In this document: positions 8,580-19,792 of the stretch, in pieces
How the letters are laid out: each line of letters starts with the position of its first letter
Position numbering within the stretch: the stretch's first letter is position 1
DNA from: Candidatus Hydrogenedentota bacterium
GTDB taxonomy: Bacteria > Hydrogenedentota > Hydrogenedentia > Hydrogenedentales > CAITNO01
Direction of reading: 5' to 3'
Assembly: GCA_019455225.1 (NCBI GenBank)
Contig: JACFMU010000006.1
Span: 7,561-71,560, forward strand
DNA length: 64,000 nucleotides
The notes under the pieces: generated by a model
The model's database searches: none
What the model saw: only the letters and a program-made list of their open reading frames with translations
What the model was told of the DNA's origin: nothing
Program-made: the position numbers and the translations under genes

Positions 8580-11500
8580 TCACAGTTCACGGGCGGGCCT
8601 CCCCAGGCGCAGGTAGAGCGCGGGCACCACCAGCATGTTCAGCACGGTGGCGGAAATGAGACCCCCGATGATGACCACGGCCATGGGACTCTGAATCTCG
8701 TTGCCCGGCGCCTCGTGGGCCATCACCAGGGGGACCAGTGCGAGGCCTGTGGACACGGCGGTCATCAGCACGGGGACCACCCGCTCGACCGACCCGCGCC
8801 AGACCGCCTCGTGGAAATCCGTCACCCCCTCGCGGAGCTGGAGGTTTCGGATGTGGTTCAGCAGCATGATGCCGTTCCGCGCGGCCACGCCGAACACGCT
8901 GATGAACCCGATGATGGACGCGATGGAGAGCACCCCGCCCATGAGGAAGACCGCCGCCACGCCGCCGATGAGCGCCATGGGCAGGCTGAGCATCACAAAG
9001 ACCGCGTCGCGCAGGTTGCGGAAGGCCAGGCACAGCAGGGCCAGCACGCCCAGCATCACCGCGGCGCCCGCCGCCAGCAGCCGTTTCGACGCGGCCGCGG
9101 CGCTCTCGAACTGCCCGCCGTAATGCACGGCGTAGCCGGGCCTCCCCGCGACCAGCGGGTCCACCTTGGCGCGGATGTCCGCCACCACGGAGGCCACGTC
9201 GCGCCCGGCGGGGTTGCAGGTGACGAAGATTTTCCGCTGCACCTGGTCCCGGGTGATGATGTTCGGCCCGCTGCCCCGCGTGATTTCCGCCACATCCCCC
9301 AGGGGCACCACCGCGCCGGAGTCCGCCCGCAACGGAAGCTGCTCCAGACCGGCCAGCCGCCCGCCGGAGGGGTCGTCCACCCGCAGCGCCAGCTCATAGG
9401 CGTTTCGGCCCTCGTATATCCTGGACACGGGCGCGCCGTGCAGCGCGGCCCGGAGCGTCAGCCCCGCCTCCGTGAAGGGCACCCCGTGCCGCGCCAGCCG
9501 GTCCCGGTCAAAGCGCACGCTGATTTCAGGCACGTCCGTCTGTGGCTCCACCGCAAGGTCCGTCACGCCGGGAATGCCCGACATGGCCGCCCGCGCCTCC
9601 TCCGCCAGCTCGCGGAGGGTGTACAGGTCGTCGCCGGAAATTTTCACCGCGATGCCCGCGCGCGCGCCGGAGAGCATGTGGTCTATCCGGTGGGAAATGG
9701 GCCCGCCAATGCCGAAATTGATTCCCGGCACCGCGCCCAGCCGTTCGCGAATGTCCGCGAGCATCTCCTCCTTGGACCGCCCCGCGAGGGTGTAGGTCGC
9801 CTCGAACTCGGTGCCCTCGACACCCTGGGCGTGCTCGTCCAGCTCGCCGCGCCCCGTCTTGCGGGCCACGGAGGCCACCTCCGGGATGTCCATCAGAATC
9901 CGCTCCACCCAGCGCCCAAGGTGGTCCGACTCCTCCAGCGAGGTGCCGGGCAGGGTGTTGGTGATGACATTGAGCGCGCCCTCGTTGAAGTCGGGAAGGA
10001 ACGCCCGCCCCATGAACGAAAGCGAGCCCGCCGCGAGCAGAAAAACGGCCAGCACCGGCGCGGACACCAGCCAGGGATGCCGCAGCAGCGGCCGCAGCAG
10101 GGAGCCGTAAACGGCGCGGACCCTTGCCGCCACACCCGGCTCCAGGCCCTTTTTCACGGCGCGGCTGCGCGGGAGCAGCAGCGCCTCCAGCGCGGGGGTG
10201 AGGGTGAGCGCCACCAGCAGCGAGGCGAAGATGGAGACAATGTAGGCGGTACCGAGGGGGCGCAACAGCCGCCCCTCGACATTTTCCAGCGCGTAGAGCG
10301 GCAGGAAGACGACCGAGATAATCACCGTGGCGAAGACGATGGAGGAGCGCACCTCGGCGCTGGCCTCGTACACCACGAGCAGCGGGTTGCGGCGCGATGC
10401 CTCCGGCAGCCGCGCGTTCAGCCGGAGTCGGCGGACGGTGTTCTCCACGTCAATGACGGCGTCGTCCATGAGCGAACCGATGGCCACGGCAAGGCCGCCG
10501 AGGGTCATGGTGTTCACCGTGCCGCCGAAGGCGTGGATGGCGAGCACCGCGGCGATGATCGAAATCGGCAGGGCGGTCAGGGTGATCAGCATGGCCCGCG
10601 AACTCATCAGGAACAGCGCCATCACCAGGACCACCAGCACCGCGCCGTCACGGATGGCCAGGGCCACGTTCCGCACCGCCGTCCGGATGAAATCCGCCTG
10701 GCGCATCAGTCCGGTGTCGAGGGTCATGCCCTCCGGCAGCCGCGCGGCCTCCTCCGCAAACACCTTCTCCAGCACGTCGTCCAGCGCCAGCGTGTTGGCC
10801 TGCGGCTGACGCTGGACAAACAGCAGCACGGCCTCCCGGCCGTTGGCGGAGGCGGCGCCCCGGGCGGGCGCCACGCCCGGCCCCACTTCGGCCACATCGC
10901 CCAGGCGCAGCGGCACGCCGCCGCGCGCGGACACGACCACGGACTCAATCTCCGTGACCGTCCGGAGCCTGCCCAGACCGGTGACAAGATATTCCGTGCC
11001 GTTTTCCGAAACCACCCCGGCGGGCACGTTCCCGTTGTTTTCCCGCAGCGTGTCCGCAATCCCGGAAACGGTCAGCCCGTGGGCGGCCAGACGCCCGGGT
11101 TTGAGCCGGACCTGGTACTGCCGGTTCCCGCCGCCGACAGTCGTAACCTGCGCGATGCCGGGCACGGCAAGCAGGCGCCGACGCAGGACCTTGTCCGCAT
11201 AATCCTGCAGCTCCATCGGGGAATGCGACGCCGACTGGAGGGCGGCCAGCCGTATCTCGCCCATGAGCGAGGTGGGCGGCGCCAGCACGGGCGGCGACAC
11301 GCCCTCGGGCATTTCGGTGGCGGCCAGCGCGACCCGTTCGGCCACTATCTGCCGGGCCGTGTTCATGGCCTCGCCCCACTGGAACTCCGCCCAGACCACG
11401 GAGAAGCCGGGCATCGAGGCGGAGCGCACCCGCCGCACCCCCGGCGCGCCGTTCAGCGCGGTCTCCAGGGGATAGGTCACCAGGTTCTCCACGTCCGCCG

Positions 11501-11672
11501 GGGACATGCCGGAGGCCTCCGTGAGGGCGACCACCGTGGGGGCGGTCAGGTCCGGAAACACGTCCACGGACACGCCCGCGCAGACGATCACGCCGAAAAG
11601 GGTGAAGGCCGCCGCAATTCCCACCACCAGATACCGGTTGTCTACGGACCATTTTATGAGTTTGTCCATCAT
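8580..11672 (-). CDS. czcA: CusA/CzcA family heavy-metal efflux RND transporter
   Basis: 1030 aa. N-terminus MMDKLIKWSVDNRYLVVGIAAAFTLFGV...DVFPDLTAPTV and 12-TM RND architecture with two periplasmic loops. Conserved HME-RND motifs. Confidence 0.95.
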   Translation of the reverse strand: MMDKLIKWSVDNRYLVVGIAAAFTLFGVIVCAGVSVDVFPDLTAPTVVALTEASGMSPADVENLVTYPLETALNGAPGVRRVRSASMPGFSVVWAEFQWGEAMNTARQIVAERVALAATEMPEGVSPPVLAPPTSLMGEIRLAALQSASHSPMELQDYADKVLRRRLLAVPGIAQVTTVGGGNRQYQVRLKPGRLAAHGLTVSGIADTLRENNGNVPAGVVSENGTEYLVTGLGRLRTVTEIESVVVSARGGVPLRLGDVAEVGPGVAPARGAASANGREAVLLFVQRQPQANTLALDDVLEKVFAEEAARLPEGMTLDTGLMRQADFIRTAVRNVALAIRDGAVLVVLVMALFLMSSRAMLITLTALPISIIAAVLAIHAFGGTVNTMTLGGLAVAIGSLMDDAVIDVENTVRRLRLNARLPEASRRNPLLVVYEASAEVRSSIVFATVIISVVFLPLYALENVEGRLLRPLGTAYIVSIFASLLVALTLTPALEALLLPRSRAVKKGLEPGVAARVRAVYGSLLRPLLRHPWLVSAPVLAVFLLAAGSLSFMGRAFLPDFNEGALNVITNTLPGTSLEESDHLGRWVERILMDIPEVASVARKTGRGELDEHAQGVEGTEFEATYTLAGRSKEEMLADIRERLGAVPGINFGIGGPISHRIDHMLSGARAGIAVKISGDDLYTLRELAEEARAAMSGIPGVTDLAVEPQTDVPEISVRFDRDRLARHGVPFTEAGLTLRAALHGAPVSRIYEGRNAYELALRVDDPSGGRLAGLEQLPLRADSGAVVPLGDVAEITRGSGPNIITRDQVQRKIFVTCNPAGRDVASVVADIRAKVDPLVAGRPGYAVHYGGQFESAAAASKRLLAAGAAVMLGVLALLCLAFRNLRDAVFVMLSLPMALIGGVAAVFLMGGVLSIASIIGFISVFGVAARNGIMLLNHIRNLQLREGVTDFHEAVWRGSVERVVPVLMTAVSTGLALVPLVMAHEAPGNEIQSPMAVVIIGGLISATVLNMLVVPALYLRLGRPAREL

Positions 11673-11684
11673 GGCGGTGTCCCC

Positions 11685-13382
11685 CTAGTGCACGTGGGCC
11701 GAGCCGAGGCCCGAACCGGCAACCGAGGCCAACCGCACCAGATACGCGCCCTGCGACACCACCCGCTCGCCCGCCGCCACGCCGTCCAACACCTCCACCA
11801 TCACCCCGTCGCGGACGCCCAGGCGCACATTGCGCTTCTGAAAGCTCTCCCCCTCCAGCATCACATAGACCGTCGCGATGCCGTTCTCGTCCACCACCGC
11901 CGAGACCGGTATCCGGACGGCGTCCTCCACGCCCCGCCCGTCCGCCCAAACACTGAGCGACATGCCCACGGCAAGTCTTCCCTCCGCGTTGTCCAGATGG
12001 AAAAACAGCGGCGCCGTGCGCGTCTCCGGGTCTACCTTGGGCGCCATCCACGGTTCGGGCGCGCCCGCCGCCGGAACAACAGCCCGCAGCACCCCCCCTT
12101 CGCCGGGCAGCTCCAGCATGCCCGACGGCGGGTTCGCCAGCGCGGGAATCAGGGACTCCGGCGCGTGCGCCTCGACCAGCACGGTGCCCGCCCCGGTGAT
12201 GGTGAGCACAGGCGCGCCCGCGTCCACCAGCGTGCCCGGTCCGGCGTGAACCTGTGTCACTCGGCCGGTAATCGGGACGGAAACCACAGGGCGTGTCTCC
12301 GGTGGGGCCGGGGGCGCCGGGGCGCCGACACCCGACCGGGCCGCGCGGACACTCTCCGCCACACGCTCCGCCGCGCGGAGCATGGCGCGCGCCTCGTCAA
12401 GCGCGCTCCTGGCCGCGTCCACATCGCGCTGGGACCCCGCCCGCGCATCGAGAAGGTCCGCCGCGCGTTTCAGGGCGCGCTCGTGCTGCGCCACCAGCGC
12501 CCGCGCGCGGTCCGCCTCTCCGGCGGCCTCCGCCGCCCGCGTGTCGAGGTCCACCGTGAGAGACTGGCGGCCCTGGGTGTTCGCGTCGCGGGCAAGGGAC
12601 TCCGCGCTCATCGCGGCGGTGTCCACCCATGCCAGCGGCTGTCCGGCCTCCACCGCATCGCCAATCCGGGGAAAGGACGACATGCCCTCCGTCCTCAGCA
12701 CGCCCCCCAGGGGCGCCGCCGCCATGTTCTGCGTGTCGGGAGTGGGCACAACCCAGGCCGCCAAGCGGTGCCGCTCCACGACTGGACCCCGGTCTGCGGG
12801 AACTGTGACCACGGGCACCACCCACTGCTGCTCTTTGGTGAAAGAAATGGTGTTGGCCGGGCCCTCCTCATGCCCGTGGTCACGCTCACCGCCGGGACTT
12901 TGAACATCCAAGCCCTCCATCACGATTGTTTGCGCGCCGTCCTCCACGGAGACATCCAGGGCAATACGCCACTCGCCCGCCGTGGCGAATGCCGGGGATA
13001 TGGTGTAAATGCCGGAACGCCTCGGTGCGGCCTCCCCGGAAAACTCCGGACCGCCCCCGGCGGGGGCGGCACGGAAAGACACCTTTTCGGTCACGGGGAG
13101 ACCGGTCCGCACATGGGTCAGGTGGAGGAGAAAGTCCTGCGGGGCACCCGTTTCCAGGGGAGGGAACTCAGTGAACAACTCCAAGTCATCCGTCCAGACA
13201 CTGAGCGACTCATTGCCCTCGCCGTGGCCATGGTCGTGGGCTTCGGCACCGCCGCCATGTCCATGATCATGGGCGCCCGCCTGCTGTTTGGGAAGGCTGC
13301 ACCCGGCCGCCAATGCAACGCAAAACAATATGGCCGCGGCGGCAGCCCGTTTTTGTTTCAGGAAAATTACCCGAATCATCAT
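11685..13382 (-). CDS. efflux RND periplasmic adaptor subunit (CzcB/CusB-like) with His-rich N-terminal extension
   Basis: Lipoprotein-like signal (AAGCS). His-rich tract HDHGHGGGAEAHDHGHGEGNE plus a second DHGHEEG. Beta-barrel/lipoyl/coiled-coil adaptor core. Directly upstream of czcA. Confidence 0.85.
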   Translation of the reverse strand: MMIRVIFLKQKRAAAAAILFCVALAAGCSLPKQQAGAHDHGHGGGAEAHDHGHGEGNESLSVWTDDLELFTEFPPLETGAPQDFLLHLTHVRTGLPVTEKVSFRAAPAGGGPEFSGEAAPRRSGIYTISPAFATAGEWRIALDVSVEDGAQTIVMEGLDVQSPGGERDHGHEEGPANTISFTKEQQWVVPVVTVPADRGPVVERHRLAAWVVPTPDTQNMAAAPLGGVLRTEGMSSFPRIGDAVEAGQPLAWVDTAAMSAESLARDANTQGRQSLTVDLDTRAAEAAGEADRARALVAQHERALKRAADLLDARAGSQRDVDAARSALDEARAMLRAAERVAESVRAARSGVGAPAPPAPPETRPVVSVPITGRVTQVHAGPGTLVDAGAPVLTITGAGTVLVEAHAPESLIPALANPPSGMLELPGEGGVLRAVVPAAGAPEPWMAPKVDPETRTAPLFFHLDNAEGRLAVGMSLSVWADGRGVEDAVRIPVSAVVDENGIATVYVMLEGESFQKRNVRLGVRDGVMVEVLDGVAAGERVVSQGAYLVRLASVAGSGLGSAHVH

Positions 13383-13459
13383 GAATCTATCCTTTTCCGC
13401 CCGCAAAACGCACGGGCACACTTCGCATGCTTATGGGAATCAACCGAAGCGGAAAAGGC

Positions 13460-13927
13460 TCAGATAAGGAGGGGCAGGTGGAACCCCGCCACGGCGGGGG
13501 AGGAAGGCGGGGCAAAACGCATTGCCATAGCCCTGGACGGGCCGGCGTGGTCCGCATCAAGGGCGGGCAAGAAGACGCAGGGCGCATTAGAATCCGGGAA
13601 AAGCGCGCCCGGACCCTCCGGCGCGGAATCGTCCGTCACCCGCGCCAGAACAGGGGCGGGCCGCTCGAAATGAAACCGGCCATGATGATGACTGCCGTCC
13701 CCGCAAATGGCCCCGTGGTCCGGACAATGGTCACACGACGTATTTGTGTGCGCGTGCAGGGAGCAGGGGCACATGGGATGGGAAACAATTCCCTGGTCCG
13801 GGTCGTGGGTGTGGTCATGAAAACAGAGGCCGAAAGTTTCCAACGAAAAACACAGGGCAAGCGCCGCCATCAGCGCCCTTGCCAGATGGCCATGCCGTGA
13901 CAATGTGTTTTGAAATCTCAGAAACAC
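13460..13927 (-). CDS. putative secreted His/Cys-rich metal-binding protein (hypothetical)
   Basis: Signal-like N-terminus, then CFHDHTHDPDQGIVSHPMCPCSLHAHTNTSCDHCPDHGAICGDGSHHHGRFHFE. Lies immediately upstream of the efflux operon on the same strand. The C-terminal half is low complexity, so gene status is uncertain. Confidence 0.4.
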   Translation of the reverse strand: MFLRFQNTLSRHGHLARALMAALALCFSLETFGLCFHDHTHDPDQGIVSHPMCPCSLHAHTNTSCDHCPDHGAICGDGSHHHGRFHFERPAPVLARVTDDSAPEGPGALFPDSNAPCVFLPALDADHAGPSRAMAMRFAPPSSPAVAGFHLPLLI

Positions 13928-14007
13928 CGTCTGTCGCCTCGATTTCCTTTATTTCCTCTAAGATCCGTTAATTCAGGGAAACAACCTCGGCGGCGCAAGC
14001 GTTCCCC

Positions 14008-15042
<1,035 letters not shown>

Positions 15043-17754
15043 TCAGGCCTTTTTCTTCGCCGCCGCCTTTTTCGCGGGGGCCTTCCGCCGGACCGGCGCC
15101 TTCCGGGGCTTCTTTTCCGCCGCCGCCAACAGTTCCAACGCCGTTTCCAGGGTCACTTGTTCCGGGGGGCTGCTTTTGGGCAGTGTCGCGTTCACGGCGC
15201 CATTGGTCACATAGGGGCCGTAACGGCCCTCATAGACCTCGACGGGGGTGTCCGTGCCGGGCATCACGCCCAGCGCCTTGATCAGTTTCTTGGCGCGCAC
15301 GCCCTTGGGCTGCGCCAGCAGCGCCAGCGCGCCCTCCAAGTCAATGTTGAAGACCGCCTCCGGGTCCTTGGGCAGGCTGCGGAACTCGCCGTCGCAGCCG
15401 ACATAGGGGCCGTAGGGGCCGATGGTGGCCACCACGGGCTTGCCCTTTTCCGGATGCGCGCCAAGGTTGCGCGGCAGGGAAAGGTATTTCAGGGCCGTCT
15501 CCAGGGTCACCCTGTTCACGTCGGTGTCCTTGGGCAGGCTGGCACGCTTCAGTTTCGTCTTTCCCTCGGCCACCAGGCCCAGTTGCACATACGGCCCGTA
15601 ACTGCCGTTCAGGGCGTAGACATCCAGCCCCGTCTCGGGGTCCCGGCCCAGGCCCTCGCCGGACTTCGAGCGGTTCTCCAGCACCTCCAGCGCCTTTTCC
15701 ACGGTCAGCTCGTCGTAATAAAGGCCGGACGGTATGGAGGCGGTGTTCCCCTCGCCGCCCTCGCCCCGCTGGAGAAAGGGAACGCTCCGGCCCAGCCGCA
15801 CCACCAGGGGCTGGCCGTCCGGCGTCTCGCCCACGGGAATGACCGGATACTCGATGTCCGGCAACTGCGCCGCAATCTGCGGTTTCAGGCCCTGGCCGTA
15901 GTCGTGCCGGTCGCCGAAATAAAAGTCATGCAGGAAGGCCTGCCAGTCCTGGCCGCCCTCGGCGATGTTGTCGAGCACGTCCTCCATGCGGGCCGTGAAG
16001 CCCACGTCCACATACTCGCCGAAATGCCTGCGGAGCAGCAGCGTGACGGCGATGCCGAGATAGGTCGGGGCGAGGGCCTGGCCCGCGCGCTCGACATACT
16101 CGCGCGCCTGGATGGTGGAGATGGTCGGCGCGTAGGTCGAGGGCCTTCCGATGCCCTCCTCCTCCAGCCGCCGCACCAGGGAGGCCTCGGTGAACCGCGC
16201 GGGCGCCTGGGTCTCGTGCTTGACGGGCTCCACTTTTTCAATGGCGATGTCGCCGCCCGGCCCGGCGGTCATGCCCTCCCGCAGGGGGGGAAGCTCCGTT
16301 TCCTTCTGCAGCCCCTCCATCACCCGCAGGAATCCCGGAAACGTGACCACCGACCCGTTGGCGCGCAGGACCGCCGCGCGTCCGCCGTCCGCCGTCGCGT
16401 TGAAATCCACCACCGTCTTCAGCAGCTCGGCGTGGGCCATCTGCGAGGCGATGGTCCGGTTCCAGATGAGCCGGTACAGTTTCAGCTCCTCCGCCGTGAG
16501 GTACGGCGCCACCTGTTCGGGGGTTTTGTCCAAATGGGTGGGGCGGATGGCCTCGTGGGCCTCCTGGGCCATTTTCGACTTGGTCGTGTACTGCTGGCGG
16601 TTGTGGTACCGTTCCCCGAAGAGCCGTTTGATCATCGCCTCCGCCTCGCGCAGCGCCTTCTCGCTGAGGACCACCGAGTCCGTTCGCATGTAGGTGATGA
16701 GCCCCTCGCGCTCGCCCCCGCCCAGGTCCACGCCCTCATAGAGCCGCTGGGCCACCTGCATGGTCCGGCGCGGGGCGAAGCCGCAGGCCGACGAGGCCGC
16801 CTGCTGCAGCGTCGAGGTGATGAACGGCGGCTGCGGCCGCTGCCGCGCCTCTTTCTGGTCCACCGCGCCCACACGCCAGGGCGTGTTGGCCGCCAGCGCC
16901 CCGGCAACCGCGCGCGCGCCGGCGGCGTCCAGCCAGGTCACCCGGTCCCCGTTGGAGCCCTTCAGGCCGCCCGTGGCCGCGTCAAAATCCTTGCCCTGCG
17001 CCACGCGCTGCCCGTCCAGACTGACCAGCGTGGCGGTGAACGGCTTGCCACCGGCGGAGAGGGCCGCGTCCACGTCCCAGTACTCCGCCGTGTGGAAGGC
17101 GCGCCGCTCCTCCTCGCGCTCCACCACCAAACGCACCGCCACGCTCTGCACCCGCCCGGCGCTCAGCTTGGTCCGCACCTTTTTCCACAGCACCGGCGAG
17201 AGCTCGTAGCCGAAGAGCCGGTCCAGAATGCGGCGCGTCTCCTGCGCGCGGACCAGTTGGTCGTTCAGCCCGCGCGGCGAGGCCATGGCCTGGTCAATGG
17301 CCGTCTTCGTAATTTCATGGAAGGCAATCCGGAAAAAAGGCACCTTCGGTTTGAGCTCCTCAAGCAGGTGCCAGCTTATGGACTCCCCCTCGCGGTCCTC
17401 ATCCGTGGCCAGCACCACTTCATCCGCGTCCTTGCACAGTTTTTTCAATTCGGTCAGGTGTTTCCTGCTCTCTTTCTGCGCAACATAGACCGCCTTGAAC
17501 CCGTTGTCCACGTCCACCCCGAGGCGCGCCCAGGGCTTGTCCTTGTACGCGGGGGGAATGTCGCCCGCAGACTGGGGCAAATCGCGCACGTGGCCGAAAC
17601 TCGCCACGACTTTATAGTCACGTCCCAGAAATTTGCCGATGGTCTTGGCCTTGGCCGGGGACTCCACAATTACCAGTTTCAATGGATGGTTCCTTTGTCG
17701 TGTGGGACGAATCCGGGCCGCCCTTTTGGCAAAAAAGGGACCCGTCCTCTGCAA
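15043..17754 (-). CDS. topA: DNA topoisomerase I
   Basis: Toprim (VIVESPAKAKTIGKFLG), the catalytic Tyr region, multiple C-terminal GPYGPYV topoisomerase repeats, and a Lys-rich tail (KKPRKAPVRRKAPAKKAAAKKKA). The exact start is uncertain. Confidence 0.9.
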   Translation of the reverse strand: MQRTGPFFAKRAARIRPTRQRNHPLKLVIVESPAKAKTIGKFLGRDYKVVASFGHVRDLPQSAGDIPPAYKDKPWARLGVDVDNGFKAVYVAQKESRKHLTELKKLCKDADEVVLATDEDREGESISWHLLEELKPKVPFFRIAFHEITKTAIDQAMASPRGLNDQLVRAQETRRILDRLFGYELSPVLWKKVRTKLSAGRVQSVAVRLVVEREEERRAFHTAEYWDVDAALSAGGKPFTATLVSLDGQRVAQGKDFDAATGGLKGSNGDRVTWLDAAGARAVAGALAANTPWRVGAVDQKEARQRPQPPFITSTLQQAASSACGFAPRRTMQVAQRLYEGVDLGGGEREGLITYMRTDSVVLSEKALREAEAMIKRLFGERYHNRQQYTTKSKMAQEAHEAIRPTHLDKTPEQVAPYLTAEELKLYRLIWNRTIASQMAHAELLKTVVDFNATADGGRAAVLRANGSVVTFPGFLRVMEGLQKETELPPLREGMTAGPGGDIAIEKVEPVKHETQAPARFTEASLVRRLEEEGIGRPSTYAPTISTIQAREYVERAGQALAPTYLGIAVTLLLRRHFGEYVDVGFTARMEDVLDNIAEGGQDWQAFLHDFYFGDRHDYGQGLKPQIAAQLPDIEYPVIPVGETPDGQPLVVRLGRSVPFLQRGEGGEGNTASIPSGLYYDELTVEKALEVLENRSKSGEGLGRDPETGLDVYALNGSYGPYVQLGLVAEGKTKLKRASLPKDTDVNRVTLETALKYLSLPRNLGAHPEKGKPVVATIGPYGPYVGCDGEFRSLPKDPEAVFNIDLEGALALLAQPKGVRAKKLIKALGVMPGTDTPVEVYEGRYGPYVTNGAVNATLPKSSPPEQVTLETALELLAAAEKKPRKAPVRRKAPAKKAAAKKKA

Positions 17755-18023
17755 AAAGCAAACGCTGAACTGAAAACTTCATCACAATCCCACCCCCAAT
17801 TGCAAACCTTGGACGCAATCAGGAGCGAAACCGGCCGCCCAATCCCAAAGATTCGCCGCCGGATTCTCCGGCGTCACAGCCCATGCCTCTTGACCCATTG
17901 GACAGGCCGGAGTGTAAGAAAACAGACATATCCACTGATTGATTCACGCCCACGACCCCGGAACCGCAAAGTTGGTCTGGCGGTCTGCACCGCCGGTGTT
18001 TCCCCATGACAGCGGCCCGCACT

Positions 18024-19175
18024 TTATCTTCCCCAACCCTCCATGAGAACCCGTTCGGCGTTGCCGCCGAGGAATTTTTCCACCTGCGCTTCGGTGTACC
18101 GTCTCAGCATCGCCTCCCGGAGGGCGGTGTAGCCGCGGGGGGAGCGGAGGTCTTTGGGTACAGTGGTGAAACCGTCCAAGTCGGAGCCCATGGCCACGAC
18201 ATTCTCGCCGCCGTGCTGCATGAGGAAATCCATCGCGCCGATCATGGTTTCCACCCCGGCGTCGGGGCGTCCGGCCAGGTGGGGCTGGTAGACCATCATG
18301 ACGCCGACGACCCCGCCGGTCTCCGCAATCCCCCGGATGTCCTCCGGCAGGGGGTCGCCCCGGTTTTTTCCCATGTCGGGGACGCAGGTGTGGGACATGA
18401 GGACGGGCCGTTTCTTGGGGTGGCGGCGGGCCATGTCAATCACCTCGCGGCGGAATTCCGGCGTGCCGTGGGTGGGGTCCACCATGATGCCGACGTCAAG
18501 GAGTTTCTCCACCAGTTCGCGGCCCCAGAAGGACATGCCCGAGGCGTTCTGGCGCTTTTTGCTGAAACAGCCCACGGCCAGCCGGGTGCGCGGATCACTG
18601 GAAAAGACATCCGTGCAGCCCCCCGCCTCGTTGGGGTAAAGGTGCGGGACGATCATGTAGCAGACCCCGCGCGCGGCCAGTTCGTCCACCATGCCCAGGT
18701 CGCCGTTCAGATGGTGCGCCCCCTCGACGGCGTGGATCATGCAAAGTTTGCCCGCGCCCGTGATGCGTTGCATGTCCGCGCGGCTACGGGCCACCTCGAC
18801 CACGTCGCCACGGTGTTTCCGCGTCTCGGCAACCATCTCCTCCGCGAAGTCCAGGTACTCCATGAGCAGTTCCCGGGGGTCGGCAACGGCGAGGTGCCTG
18901 GCGCGGGGGAGCATTTTCGTGAGGAGTCCCAGGGGCCAGATGTCGGCGAACATGGGCCGCTCCACGGCGTAGGCCGCGCAGACAAAGGTCTTCACCCCGC
19001 CCGCCAGCAGGGCGTCCAAGTCCACGCGCATGGACAGGGGGAAGAACCCCGACGGCGGGTTATGGGCCCTCCAAAACCTGGTCCGGAACATGTACGCCTT
19101 CAGCGAGGGGTGCGTGTGCAGGTCCACCACGCGGAACCGCGGGTCGTTTCCGGACGGGTTGGCGGTGTCGGCCAT
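18024..19175 (-). CDS. membrane dipeptidase (peptidase family M19)
   Basis: VVDLHTHPS...VVGVMMVYQPHL...VAMGSDLDGF are renal-dipeptidase family motifs. An alternative start at 19196 would overlap the upstream rloB-like stop (ATGA). Confidence 0.8.
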   Translation of the reverse strand: MADTANPSGNDPRFRVVDLHTHPSLKAYMFRTRFWRAHNPPSGFFPLSMRVDLDALLAGGVKTFVCAAYAVERPMFADIWPLGLLTKMLPRARHLAVADPRELLMEYLDFAEEMVAETRKHRGDVVEVARSRADMQRITGAGKLCMIHAVEGAHHLNGDLGMVDELAARGVCYMIVPHLYPNEAGGCTDVFSSDPRTRLAVGCFSKKRQNASGMSFWGRELVEKLLDVGIMVDPTHGTPEFRREVIDMARRHPKKRPVLMSHTCVPDMGKNRGDPLPEDIRGIAETGGVVGVMMVYQPHLAGRPDAGVETMIGAMDFLMQHGGENVVAMGSDLDGFTTVPKDLRSPRGYTALREAMLRRYTEAQVEKFLGGNAERVLMEGWGR

Positions 19176-19192
19176 GGCTGTTCCCTCTGGTG

Positions 19193-19792
19193 TCATGCGC
19201 TCAAAATTTTTCCCACCAGCCTGTAAACGGTGGTGCTGCCGGGCTCGTGCGGCCAGTCTTCGCAGGGGGGCGTGTCGCGGCGTTTGGCCCGGCGAATGGC
19301 CTCCTCCACCATTTCCCGCGAGATTATGCCTGAAGGAATTCCCTTGTCATAGTTTGGAAGACACTTCCTTAAACGCAGAACACAGGCATTGCCATCGGCA
19401 ACGCCTGCGCCATCCTCGAAGTGAAGCAGCAGCCAATATTCAAAATTGGGGTTGCTCAATGCAAGCGAGTAATTGGCCCCGGTCGTTGACCAGTCATGCA
19501 GTTCCCTAATCTGTTCGTCCGTCCATTGGTCCTTGTCCACGACCAGCCAGGCCTCATCAGACCGCCCCAACGTGTTTGTGGCCAGGTGGTCCCTCATTCG
19601 CTTCAACGCCTGCAAAGGCGAACTGTTTTGGTTGCCTTTTATGCAGAACACTCTGGCCGTTGAGGACATGTCCCTGAACAGGCGAAAATATTGGGGTTCC
19701 GTTTTGAAGCCCTCGGCGGCGATGACAAACAGCCTCACATACCGCCGCCTGCCCATCGGCCTCCGAAAACTTCTGCTTTTTTGCGGCATCAA
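19193..19792 (-). CDS. RloB-like protein (AbiLii-like, Toprim-like)
   Basis: N-terminal [14 protein letters not shown] matches the RloB family signature (C-E-G-x-TE-x-x-YF). 199 aa. Lower GC than flanking DNA. ATGA overlap with the upstream ATPase gene. Confidence 0.8.
   Translation of the reverse strand: MMPQKSRSFRRPMGRRRYVRLFVIAAEGFKTEPQYFRLFRDMSSTARVFCIKGNQNSSPLQALKRMRDHLATNTLGRSDEAWLVVDKDQWTDEQIRELHDWSTTGANYSLALSNPNFEYWLLLHFEDGAGVADGNACVLRLRKCLPNYDKGIPSGIISREMVEEAIRRAKRRDTPPCEDWPHEPGSTTVYRLVGKILSA

Noticed and set aside
8076-13673. 1865-aa plus-strand ORF spanning the whole czc operon region
   Set aside because: Antisense to three well-supported minus-strand genes. The composition is His/Arg/Gly-rich low complexity. 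It is an artefact of high GC content and rare stop codons.
17755-18023. Checked the topA-dipeptidase intergenic region and other gaps for tRNA genes
   Set aside because: No cloverleaf-compatible sequence (conserved T-loop GTTCRANYC, acceptor stem pairing) was recognised.
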